Part shown: positions 10,201 through 18,157 of the stretch, one piece after another
Position numbering within the stretch: the stretch's first letter is position 1
Layout of the letters: every line of letters begins with the position of its first letter
IMG/VR virus record: IMGVR_UViG_3300020048_000034
DNA: 20,000 nt
DNA from: an uncultured virus (IMG/VR IMGVR_UViG_3300020048_000034)
Taxonomy: Duplodnaviria > Heunggongvirae > Uroviricota > Caudoviricetes
Strand: one strand, 5' to 3'
Translations under genes and position numbers: made by a program
The notes under the pieces: model-generated
Told to the model about the DNA's origin: nothing
Databases searched by the model: none
The model's input: the letters and a program-made list of their open reading frames with translations, nothing else

Positions 10201-10240
10201 CTTTTTGATTAGAAGGATTATATAAAATTATATAAAACAT
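7211..10240 (-). CDS. C-terminal fragment of the giant protein (1009 aa): Pro/Gly/Ile-rich segment and acidic helical repeats
   Basis: From the ORF track. It has no good RBS, and its start abuts the 10-bp duplication. Confidence 0.7.
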   Translation of the reverse strand: MFYIILYNPSNQKVQINVGYLSNPLKPKFTPKILSTPYATWSNGQAVSLTGVWEGIGTSYLSCTINPFGHSGDTLTIGYWIDFSNPEIMQLDDWSYIELPFGSGTVDEIIKAMQRDGNWLRQNKSKMSWTQSTTYLNKYNYIIFRNSSGEHQSTYQIVNYNGFLQIKTSIDFDFRIRIGGIPENCYANTIFGWNPLGELGDRVKSPKGPYYTYTYSLDAFVTKDVHPSVRSIFPTYHEAKINRYKEVYSEAREVFYSEGIPLKDSYSWNICGYAPLKQSTVVDYYLDVIERMFAALCPIRKGGDLPPSGEVIVVKIPPKVVTPIGKGGTPAVPNGGTIIVPRKGIIIPLEPIVIVPISTIKIPGTTGTITIPGGKEIPLEPLIPVTIVDGGEVIVKIPPITDGGDIGIEKKATPITFPKGGTVTPPKEVTVNTITTIEPPINTYEDFIYLLEQEFPEFPNLSNFIETGIPSDQDVLNYDLPWYSVEETLTTIAEQIKSEIIDINPDCEEIGSVSEPKCSPCSPPISSTKGSIELLDLACSIIDGDIDEPEKPEPLDPPTFYSPNPFILDPLTSIYTPITSVDYNPEIPELTIKYDIISPNELITTVTPIEDPEIFLDKEFNNNIRIPEIKENLPELSELFPEIVDILPELINTFPEVVTKLPELSEKFPEIKEVLTELVNTIPITDILPKLVEKFPEIKEVLPEILPLTDILPKLVEKFPEINEVLPELIETLPENEILPKLVELFPEIKEVLPELIETLPVIELLSNLVDKFPGRNDIPQELIGLLPLITILPKLVERFPEIISIIDKQPLDELITTIPLEETQVIMGIDINDDFLNPSRKFILDYANEEIVFYLKNTISNKYTIKSSSLIDCYPLSGINGRKYVFYSSYHGIIEIPLPLDKIQITPLLFIELLKKYLSPFVINYKNNIITVDSGNNSIKVLMTPIPDPFSLQTVTLYENKLELVKVGTNLKVGELIVKEKAVPAKIILFYSYMKNSSLPDSSVYISG
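7830..8350 (-). repeat. Coding tandem repeats LP[KE]L.E.FPEI.EVLPEL (mostly ~27-aa / 81-bp period)
   Basis: About 7-8 FPEI/FPEV/FPG units in the protein. The DNA repeats tttatttctggaaa...tcaactagtttaggtaaaat. Confidence 0.9.
10218..10237. repeat. Perfect 10-bp tandem duplication (ttatataaaa x2) at the junction of two ORFs
   Basis: 10218-10227 is identical to 10228-10237. Collapsing it gives ...VDYVLYNPSNQKVQ... Confidence 0.85.
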
Positions 10241-12332
10241 AATCTACTGATGGAGAATTAAAATCTCCTTCTTTGACAGTAACAGCATAATATTCATTAG
10301 ATATAGCCAATTGTCTAATAGCTATAACTCTATTTTTTCCAGGTTCTAATGGTAATTCATAGGGTCCAGCTTTTTTAGCAGTTACTTGATTCTTAATCAC
10401 TGGACTAGGAGCCATAAAATCATAATTACCAACTATTTCTAAACAATTATTTCTAGTATTTAGAGAATTACTAACATAAAATCGTTTATCATCCCCTTCA
10501 GTCCATAAATCAATATTAGCAGGATAGCTATCAGAATTACAAATCATTCCTACCCAATAAGGTGAAAACAAACTTTTAGAATTAGCTATAGCAGGACTCC
10601 AAGTAGCAGCTTTAGATTCTATTTGTGAGGTATAGCATCCAGGCTCATTAAAATATCCACTTGTGAGTTCTCTAGATTCTAAGGGTATGTCAGTTGTTGC
10701 TTCTATATTAGAAAGGGTTATCTCTGAATGATGAATATATCTATGTCCTGGTGGTAAGAATATTCTATTATTTATAACAGATGGGTAATTTCCATATACT
10801 GCCTCAAAGTAATTTGGGGATACAACTTTAAATTCACTTTTAATAAGTCTATGCTTTCCAATAACTTTATTAATTGCATATTCTGTATAAGGACTAGATC
10901 CTTCATTAACAACGCAAGCTAAGTATAAAGCTACCTTATACTTAACATTGGAACCACCTAATAATGGAACACCTAGATCTCCTAACGAATTAAATCCAAA
11001 AATACTATTAGCAGTGGATCCTTCTGAAACACTTAAAATTCTAATAGCTTTATCTGTTAAAGATGCAAAAATTGGCCTATTATAAGAATCTGGGTAAACT
11101 ATAGCTTGACTTTTATCTATTGCAGAATTTAAAATATTACAGATTTCTAGAGTTGTGTAAGAAGTAACTCCATTCCAAGTAGTAGAAGTTTTTCCATTCA
11201 TTTGTATTCCGGTTTTATCAAAAACTGGAAAATTAACTAATATGATACTTTTATCAGATAATTCTAATCCCAATGTATTTTTATCTTTTGAAAATAAATA
11301 TGGAGGTTTACATTTTGCAATTATTAAGTTAGAGTTACAAGGTGACGGAAATGCAGTTCTAGTATTAAAAGTTAATTTAATAGAATAGGGGTCAGTATGA
11401 ATTTCTTCATATTTAATCAGACCAGTTTCATTCCATTTAACATCATCTCCTATCTTTATAGGTACAGAATATTTACCAGCTCCATCTATTTCAATATATT
11501 TTAAATCAATAACTGCGACTGGTTTTAAATCTTTTGGTAAATATTGAGCATCTGAAGCTACATCTATTGAACATTTATCCCTAAAACTTTCAAATGAAAA
11601 AATTAATTTTTGAAGTGTAACACCTATAAGCATATCATAAGAAAAATTAAATTTTTCTAATATTGTTATTACAATATCTACTGTTACTCTTAGTTCAAAG
11701 CACTCCCATGTTTCAATGGACCAGTCTGCTTTATAAGTATTTGAATCACTAGTCTTAGAATTTTTAATTGTTAAAGATACAGTAAAACTTCCAGGTTTTG
11801 TGTAAGTATGTTCAGGATTTAATTCAGTACTTCCTTTTCCATCCCCAAAATTCCAAACAATAGAATCAAATAAACCAACACATTTCTGATAAAACTTAAT
11901 AGTTAATGGAATTTGCCCTTCTTTTATTTGAGTGGTAAATCCAGCTTGAAGTGGAGTTATGTATATAGATCCAAGTGCTATATCTTGCTGGTAAGTATCA
12001 GAATACCATTCAGTAGAAGTACTACCAACTAATGCTCTTAGAATAACAGTATATTTTCCATTTTCAGTATAAGAATGAGTTGGACTAGTTTCTTGACTAA
12101 ATGTACCATCTCCAAAACTCCAATCATAAATTGCTCCAGTTTGTACCTGATTGGTAAAAGTTACTGTTTGTGGTGCATCCAAACCAGTTACATCCGTCAT
12201 AGTAAACTTAGCTGTAGGTTTAAAAGGTTTTACAATTATTTCATTTATTTTCTTTACAATTTTTACAGCTACAGCCTCTTTAGCTTCAGCAGCATTACTT
12301 ACTTGAATGAAGGAACCTTTAGTGTTTTGCAC
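10218..12332 (-). CDS. Middle fragment of the giant protein (704 aa) with two PKD domains
   Basis: Two canonical PKD signatures: WSFGDGTFSQETSPTHSYTENGKYTVIL and WNFGDGKGSTELNPEHTYTKPGSFTVSLTI. The GTG start lies inside the 32-bp duplication and has no RBS. Confidence 0.8.
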   Translation of the reverse strand: MQNTKGSFIQVSNAAEAKEAVAVKIVKKINEIIVKPFKPTAKFTMTDVTGLDAPQTVTFTNQVQTGAIYDWSFGDGTFSQETSPTHSYTENGKYTVILRALVGSTSTEWYSDTYQQDIALGSIYITPLQAGFTTQIKEGQIPLTIKFYQKCVGLFDSIVWNFGDGKGSTELNPEHTYTKPGSFTVSLTIKNSKTSDSNTYKADWSIETWECFELRVTVDIVITILEKFNFSYDMLIGVTLQKLIFSFESFRDKCSIDVASDAQYLPKDLKPVAVIDLKYIEIDGAGKYSVPIKIGDDVKWNETGLIKYEEIHTDPYSIKLTFNTRTAFPSPCNSNLIIAKCKPPYLFSKDKNTLGLELSDKSIILVNFPVFDKTGIQMNGKTSTTWNGVTSYTTLEICNILNSAIDKSQAIVYPDSYNRPIFASLTDKAIRILSVSEGSTANSIFGFNSLGDLGVPLLGGSNVKYKVALYLACVVNEGSSPYTEYAINKVIGKHRLIKSEFKVVSPNYFEAVYGNYPSVINNRIFLPPGHRYIHHSEITLSNIEATTDIPLESRELTSGYFNEPGCYTSQIESKAATWSPAIANSKSLFSPYWVGMICNSDSYPANIDLWTEGDDKRFYVSNSLNTRNNCLEIVGNYDFMAPSPVIKNQVTAKKAGPYELPLEPGKNRVIAIRQLAISNEYYAVTVKEGDFNSPSVDYVLYNFI

Positions 12333-12375
12333 TAAAGTTGTTAGGAACCTTTAGTGTTTTGCACTAAAGTTGTTA
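12312..12375. repeat. Perfect 32-bp tandem duplication, each unit containing an 8-bp hairpin
   Basis: ggaacctttagtgttttgcactaaagttgtta at 12312-12343 and 12344-12375, with internal ctttagtg-ttttg-cactaaag. Confidence 0.97.
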
Positions 12376-13870
12376 AATCTTTACTAGACACAGAACTAAC
12401 AACATGTAAAATTAAATTATTATCTTTAATTTTTTGAAGTAATTGTGCTCTATAATCTACTCTACTGTAAGTATCTGGAATTAATGAGGGATCAGTTATC
12501 CATTTTCCATTATAATGCATCCATCCCCAAGTATCAGATGCTGCCCAACCCCATGCCCCGTGAGTAACAATAACTACATGTCTTCCACCAGCGTGTTCCA
12601 AAACATTTGCTGCTAATGCTTGATCAACTGCTATATTTAATCCCCAATAAATATCATACCCACAAAAATGATTACATTTCTGAAAATTCAATAAAGTTTT
12701 AGCATGACTCATTTTCTTTATTGTAAGACCACCATTAGTTCTAATTGATAATGAATGAGAGTCACAATCTGTTAATACTTCTTTAACTAATAATTCTGCT
12801 CCCTCTGCACCACCCCAATAAGTATAATCAGTTGCTTTTCCAGAACAATCAAAATAAAATGCAACTGCAATACAACCAGATAATGGCACAGTTTTTGGAT
12901 CTGGTATCTTTACAGGAGGGTGAACTTTAGGAGGATTAACTATAGGGGTTGGAATAAAAGGAGGAAGAGGTTTTTGTTTAACACATATTTTTACACCTTC
13001 ATATTCCTTTAATCTTAGAGAAGCAGAATCTGAACATTTCTCTAATTCTGTTTCGACAGTAACTTCAGGAGTCCCACAAGTATCCTCAGCTATAGCATAA
13101 TCAATATCTGTAATGTAAAATTTACTATTTGGGTAACTACTACTTAATTTATTTAAGGGGGCTTTTATATCTACATAACCATATTCATCAAATTTTACTT
13201 TTTCTTTTTTAATTTGATGAATAGCTATACCAACTGGTTCAGCATCTAATAAAGCTTTTATTTTTCCATCTAAAGCATAAAAATAAATTTGTTCAAAAAG
13301 TTTATTATAAAAATCATCTATATCATCCTCAAAATCCACTGGTCCCCATTTAGTAGATAAAAAAGCAATTGTACTAGCACCTATTTGAACTGTTTCAGAA
13401 TATTTCCTATGATGAAGGAATAAAGCCCAGGTACTAATATTTCTACAAACATTTATATAATCATTAAAAGATGTTTCTAAAGAAGAAGTTAAATCTTCAC
13501 CTAGTTCATCCTTATTTATATAACCCCAAACAGATTTCAGCATAAATTTTTGATTAATAATATTTGAAGCTATATTAGATACTCTTAGTTCTGAGTTAAC
13601 AGTGGATTCACTGCCACTAAACCTGTGTAAATCCTCATCGGCAGTAGCAAAAGCATTTAAATCTCTTAAAATAGTATCTATTTTTTTAGTGAAATATGGA
13701 TCTATTGAAGGTTGTTGACCCTCATCAACTTCTTTAACTGTTTTTGGAGTACTATAAGGTTGAACAGCTCTTTTTATAGAATTTATTATTAATCCTTTAT
13801 TAATTAATAGCTCATTAATATGGGAAAGAATTAAAAACCTAAATGTATTTTGTTTGAGGTCAACAAGCAT
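12341..13870 (-). CDS. N-terminal fragment of the giant protein (509 aa) ending in a von Willebrand A-like domain
   Basis: After a Pro-rich linker come IAVAFYFDCSG, RHVVIVTHG, KIKDNNLILHVV and LTTLVQNTKGS, in vWA strand/helix order. The last vWA strand (FIQVSN) is in the next ORF. Confidence 0.75.
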   Translation of the reverse strand: MLVDLKQNTFRFLILSHINELLINKGLIINSIKRAVQPYSTPKTVKEVDEGQQPSIDPYFTKKIDTILRDLNAFATADEDLHRFSGSESTVNSELRVSNIASNIINQKFMLKSVWGYINKDELGEDLTSSLETSFNDYINVCRNISTWALFLHHRKYSETVQIGASTIAFLSTKWGPVDFEDDIDDFYNKLFEQIYFYALDGKIKALLDAEPVGIAIHQIKKEKVKFDEYGYVDIKAPLNKLSSSYPNSKFYITDIDYAIAEDTCGTPEVTVETELEKCSDSASLRLKEYEGVKICVKQKPLPPFIPTPIVNPPKVHPPVKIPDPKTVPLSGCIAVAFYFDCSGKATDYTYWGGAEGAELLVKEVLTDCDSHSLSIRTNGGLTIKKMSHAKTLLNFQKCNHFCGYDIYWGLNIAVDQALAANVLEHAGGRHVVIVTHGAWGWAASDTWGWMHYNGKWITDPSLIPDTYSRVDYRAQLLQKIKDNNLILHVVSSVSSKDLTTLVQNTKGS

Positions 13871-13881
13871 AATTATTCCTC

Positions 13882-14952
13882 TTATCTAGCATAAGTTCTA
13901 ATCATTGGATACATAGTAGAAACAGTAGATAATTTATGTTTTAAGTTTGTCTCTAATTGTACTAATAATTCATTTTTTGGAAATTTTATATACATATCAG
14001 AAAGTTTTCTTAATGCTATATTAGCTTTTGCTAAAAAAGCCATCATACCAGTTTGATCTGTTGGAAAAGGATCATCTAATACATCCTCTACCGCAATTAT
14101 TAAGGCATTATAATCTGCATGATTTGAAACTTCTATAGTTGGAATTTCTCCATTATTAGTTTTTATTTCATTTAAATGGGATTTCCAATTCATAAAAATG
14201 GGATTATCAGAAAACTCTGACTCATAAATACTAATTTTAAATTTAGCGTAATCAATATTATATTTATATCTAGTTCTACTAGATAAATCTATAGGAGCAG
14301 CTTGTCTCATAGCAAACATAACTACGTCTTTTATATTAGATGAAATGTGAACACCTAAACAAGTAACACTAGTAATTGGGGGGTCTCTAGGAGGAGCTAC
14401 AGGAAAAGCTATTCTGGCATTTAGGCTAATAACCGTATCAGTAACAGATTTAACTGGATATACACCATCTATTAAAGGATTTCCCTCTAATAAAATTACA
14501 TCATCAGCTTTAACGAAACTAGTATACTTAGTTAATCTTTCATTAACACCCTCTAAAGTATTAGTAATTATTGTTCTTCCACCAGGGTTTGTTAATATAA
14601 CTTTATGCGTTCTAGATACTTTCTTAGGATTGCAAAAATAGGGGTGCTTTAAAAGTACATTTTTAGATAATTCAGCAACTAAAATCTTCCAGCTAGCTGT
14701 TACTTTTAATATTTCATTAGCTTTTTCTTGCTCTTGTTTAGTTACTGCTTGTAAAAGCACTGTGTTAGCATTTTTTTCTAATTCCATTATATCTGGTAAA
14801 ATACCTTCAACTCCAGAAGCCTCATTTGTTTTTGAAGTACTTAATACATCTGTAGGAAAAGTTTTAACTTCACAAGTATCAGTAAGTAACTTTATTTTAT
14901 AACATAAATCAGAAAACAATGTGTAATCAAGTGTTTCTTTAGGTGCTATCAT
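13882..14952 (-). CDS. Hypothetical protein (356 aa), probably baseplate/virion-associated
   Basis: Long ORF packed directly after the PAAR gene. The central FVKADDVILLEGNPLIDGVYPVKSVTDTVISL suggests a small beta-barrel. Confidence 0.65.
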   Translation of the reverse strand: MIAPKETLDYTLFSDLCYKIKLLTDTCEVKTFPTDVLSTSKTNEASGVEGILPDIMELEKNANTVLLQAVTKQEQEKANEILKVTASWKILVAELSKNVLLKHPYFCNPKKVSRTHKVILTNPGGRTIITNTLEGVNERLTKYTSFVKADDVILLEGNPLIDGVYPVKSVTDTVISLNARIAFPVAPPRDPPITSVTCLGVHISSNIKDVVMFAMRQAAPIDLSSRTRYKYNIDYAKFKISIYESEFSDNPIFMNWKSHLNEIKTNNGEIPTIEVSNHADYNALIIAVEDVLDDPFPTDQTGMMAFLAKANIALRKLSDMYIKFPKNELLVQLETNLKHKLSTVSTMYPMIRTYAR

Positions 14953-14955
14953 AAT

Positions 14956-15204
14956 TTATTTTCCATTCACAAAAACAGTAGTTGATCCTGATCCAGCTGT
15001 TCCGCCACAACTAATTCCATCGCCTTCCCTATGAACAGCCTTACCCTCTACAAATACATTAGAAGAACCTTCAGACGCAGCTCCAGGACAAGCATAAGTA
15101 TCACCTACTCTAGCAATACCTTTCCCATTAACAAAAACTGTCTTAGAAGCTCCATCTATCGGTAAAGCATGTAATGAACATACATCCCCTTCTCTCATAA
15201 CCAT
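14956..15204 (-). CDS. PAAR-repeat spike-tip protein (T4 gp5.4-like, 82 aa)
   Basis: Three R.GD repeats (MREGD, IARVGD, VHREGD), GS..VFV[NE]GK motifs, and Cys/His metal ligands. Confidence 0.92.
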   Translation of the reverse strand: MVMREGDVCSLHALPIDGASKTVFVNGKGIARVGDTYACPGAASEGSSNVFVEGKAVHREGDGISCGGTAGSGSTTVFVNGK

Positions 15205-15227
15205 AATAGTAACCCCGTGATTTTCAA

Positions 15228-15518
15228 TTATGCTGAAGCTGCCGCAAGAGCTGCATTTGCAGTAGCCTGAGCTGCGTCCGCAGCTGCTTTAGCTGCTCCT
15301 ATTGCAGCCCACAATGCCGCAATTTCGGCTACTAAACTAGGAACAGTATTTAATTTTATATCTCCAACTATTTCAAAAACTGGTACAGTTATTTGATATT
15401 CACCATTTACAGTAGATTTAATATCTCCTACTTGATATGATTCTGAACTTCCTTCTACATCAGAATGAATACACCCGCCAGTCTTATAGTATGAGTCAGA
15501 ATGAAATCCATTTGGCAT
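15228..15518 (-). CDS. Small spike-associated protein (96 aa): gp5-C-like beta repeats plus an Ala-rich helix
   Basis: V.GD repeats (VEGSSE, VGDIKS, VNGEYQ, IVGDIKLN) and an AKAAADAAQATANAALAAASA tail. AAGGA RBS. Confidence 0.6.
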   Translation of the reverse strand: MPNGFHSDSYYKTGGCIHSDVEGSSESYQVGDIKSTVNGEYQITVPVFEIVGDIKLNTVPSLVAEIAALWAAIGAAKAAADAAQATANAALAAASA

Positions 15519-15521
15519 AAA

Positions 15522-18155
15522 TTATCCTTTATTAAAGTGAATTTCAGTGCCATCTATTTTATACTGAGCATCACTTTTTATTTTAACATCTTCTTTAGAA
15601 TGTTCTTCAATACCTTTGTTAGTTAAATTAACTAGATTTCCAGACATAATACAAGTCATGTCACCAGAAAGTGCTTTAGAATCAACTGATCCAGATAATG
15701 ATCCACTACAACCAGAAGCTTCAACTCTGCTGTTATCATCAACTGTTAAATTACCAGTTGCTTGACACATTTTAACACTAGAGTTAGAAATAGACACATC
15801 ACCAACATTTCCGCCAGCAATTGTTAAGGAAGAGCTATCCACAGAAACACTAGATGTTGTACAACCAGAGAATTCTCCAACTGATTGAGCAATAGAAATT
15901 GCCTCAGAAGTTGTTCCAAATATTTTTCCAGTTGATTGGTTAGATATAGTTAATTCTTTAATAGAGGAAGCTTTTAATTCATAATGTGTTTTATCAATAG
16001 ACGCAGTTTGAATATCACTATTATGGGTTGATAAACTAGAATTAGTTAGTGTAGCAGTATTAACTGTACATCCTTCATATTCACCGCTAGAATCATCTGA
16101 TGTTACAGTCTCTAATGTTACTCTAGAAAGTTTTCCTTGTGACTTACTATCTATAGTTAATTCTTTTATTGATCCTTTTCTAAAATCATAAGTACTTTTA
16201 GAAAGTGTTGCTGTTTCAATTGTTGTATTATGTGTTAATAAACTTGAATTATTTAAAGTCACTTTTTGGAAAGTACAATTCTCAAATTCTCCATGAGAAT
16301 CATCCATAGTTACCTCTTCACAAGTAACTTGGAATAATCTACCCATAGATTTATTAGTTATTGTAATTTTCTTTACAGTTGCGTTTTGTAAGTCATAAAT
16401 TACATTATCAAAATCCCCATTTACAACTTCTGTAGAAGCACTTGCTTGAACAGTAGAGGAACTAGCACTAACTTTCTTATCTCCATCAAAAGTAGCTTCA
16501 TCTATCTTCATAGTAGTACCAGATAAATCCATCTCTTTAGTTCCTTTCATAGATGATTTATTATCTACTGAACTACAATTAGTTAATTTCATAGAAGTTA
16601 CTTTTGGGTCTAAAGTTAGTTCCTTAGTTATCATTTTACAATTTTCAGCAGTATAAGCATTAGCACTTTTTGACTTATGACTTGATCCAGTATCAGTTAC
16701 TTTACACTCTTTAAAGTTAGATACATCTTGTTCTACTTCTATAGTATTTTTATTTTCTTCATAAGTACATTTTTCAGCTAATCTACCCATACCAGTATCA
16801 TTTTTTATCTCAGATGAGATAAGCCTAACAATATCTTCTTTAGTATTTAATGTATGAGGAACTGGACCCTTAAATATAGAAGAAATTAAAGCTAACTCAC
16901 ATTTTTTAGTTTCTACATTATCCTGTCCACCTTTTACTTCATGTTCAGTGTTGGTAGCATTTATATGCGATTCCTCAGCATGATAGTTCCATCCATTAGT
17001 AGAAAACAATGTTGAATTAGTAGAAATAATTGTGCATTTAGATATATCTGTGTAATTTGTTTCATTATTATGAAACTTTCCATCTAGCATTATAAATGTA
17101 GATTCTTCCCCACCTTCTACTGAATGGTCTGCTCTAAGTCCATCATCACTCCAGCCTTTTAAATCATTTGAACTAGTTGATGCTTCTGTATCAACATAAA
17201 TATCCCACGATTTATCATTGTACCAATCCCACGCTGATTCACTTTTAGATGCTACAGTACTATCTGAATTAGTTTCTGTTGCTTTATCTACTCTATCTCC
17301 CTCTTCTGCATCAGGAGACTCTTCTATTCTAGAAGTATAGTTTTTAGAAGCATAAAGTTTAGTACTAGAGGAAGTATCCTCCCCACCAGTATAACTAGTT
17401 CCTTCATTGATTGCTTTATCATTAATGTAACATTGAGAGGTACCTACCCCTGTAAAATTCTGTCACCTAGCAATCATATCTGTTCCAAAGATAGATATAA
17501 TGCAATCAGTAACACCTTTAAAATTAGCTGTATGATCATTCCCAGAAATCCAACGATTACTTTTAACAATAATCTTACATTTTTTTATTTTGTAAAGATT
17601 ATTTATTCCTGTACTACAAATCCATTTTTTAGTCATTTTAAAATGCATTTCACAACATTCTATTTCTTTAAACTCATCTAAATAAGTTTCACCCTCAAAT
17701 GTCATAAAATAATTCTTACAATTATAAACATAAGGAAGTCTACAATGAATAAATGTCATTTGTGCCCTATCTTTAGGCTCACAGCACTCTTCATCTAACT
17801 TTGTAAGTTTATCTATGTTGCAATCTATGAATGTTGCCCATGCAGTTTGTTCTGCTTTTAATTCAATTATTCTACACCTAAATATTCTGTAAAAGTAACC
17901 AGCTTTTAAAGTTAATGTTCCAGTTCTATCCCAGATTGAAACATGTGCCCACTTATGCTCTAGAAATTTACCAGGATATGGTCTATCAGCTACCCATTTA
18001 TTATCAAATTCTTTATTTATTGCTTCATTTAATTTTTCATTGTCATCCTTATCATCTCTAGGGATACCTTCTTCCGTTCTATCTTCTATGTTCCATTCTA
18101 ACTCAGTTTCCTTATCTCCATAGGGATAAGGGTTCTTGTCCATGTATTCAGCCAT
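15522..18155 (-). CDS. Cys/Ser/Thr-rich beta-solenoid protein (877 codons including one in-frame TGA at 17463-17465) with a spike-like C-terminus
   Basis: The frame continues past TGA through 124 sense codons (QNFTGVGTSQCYIND...EESTFI) straight into the 522-aa ORF. It has solenoid repeats (GEFENCTFQKVTLNNSSL / GEYEGCTVNTATLTNSSL / GEFSGCTTSSVSVDSSSL) and ends in IKSDAQYKIDGTEIHFN, like gp5/VgrG termini. GAAGGA RBS at 18155. Confidence 0.8.
17427..17466 (-). promoter_or_regulatory. Candidate bacterial SECIS-like recoding hairpin
   Basis: UGA, an 11-nt spacer, then AGGGGU-AGGU-ACCUCU (17451-17436). A lower stem GUGACA/UGUUAC is possible. Confidence 0.45.
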
Positions 18156-18157
18156 AA

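Larger units (their letters stand above)
7211..13870 (-). pseudogene. Giant (~2205 aa reconstructed) vWA + 2xPKD + repeat protein, frameshifted by two tandem duplications
   Basis: Removing one copy of the 32-bp duplication (12312-12375) and one copy of the 10-bp duplication (10218-10237) joins three ORFs in frame: 6660-42=6618 bp = 2206 codons. Only the 13870 start has a clear RBS (GAGGA). Confidence 0.75.

Noticed and set aside
12312..12375. CRISPR repeat (32 bp, palindromic)
   Set aside because: Only two directly abutting copies with no spacer, the sequence is protein-coding, and there are no cas genes.
17463..17465. Genome-wide TGA reassignment (code 4 or 25) as the explanation for the in-frame TGA
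   Set aside because: Only one internal TGA occurs in about 6000 codons, while TGG and GGN are used freely. TGA also appears to be a real stop at 4068-4070. Not fully excluded without the rest of the genome.
36..17681. Plus-strand ORFs 36-302, 5798-6055, 7926-8495, 9039-9389, 12075-12335 and 17433-17681
   Set aside because: All lie antisense to long minus-strand genes. Their Ser/Ile/Phe-rich or repeat-mirroring sequences are typical shadow ORFs.
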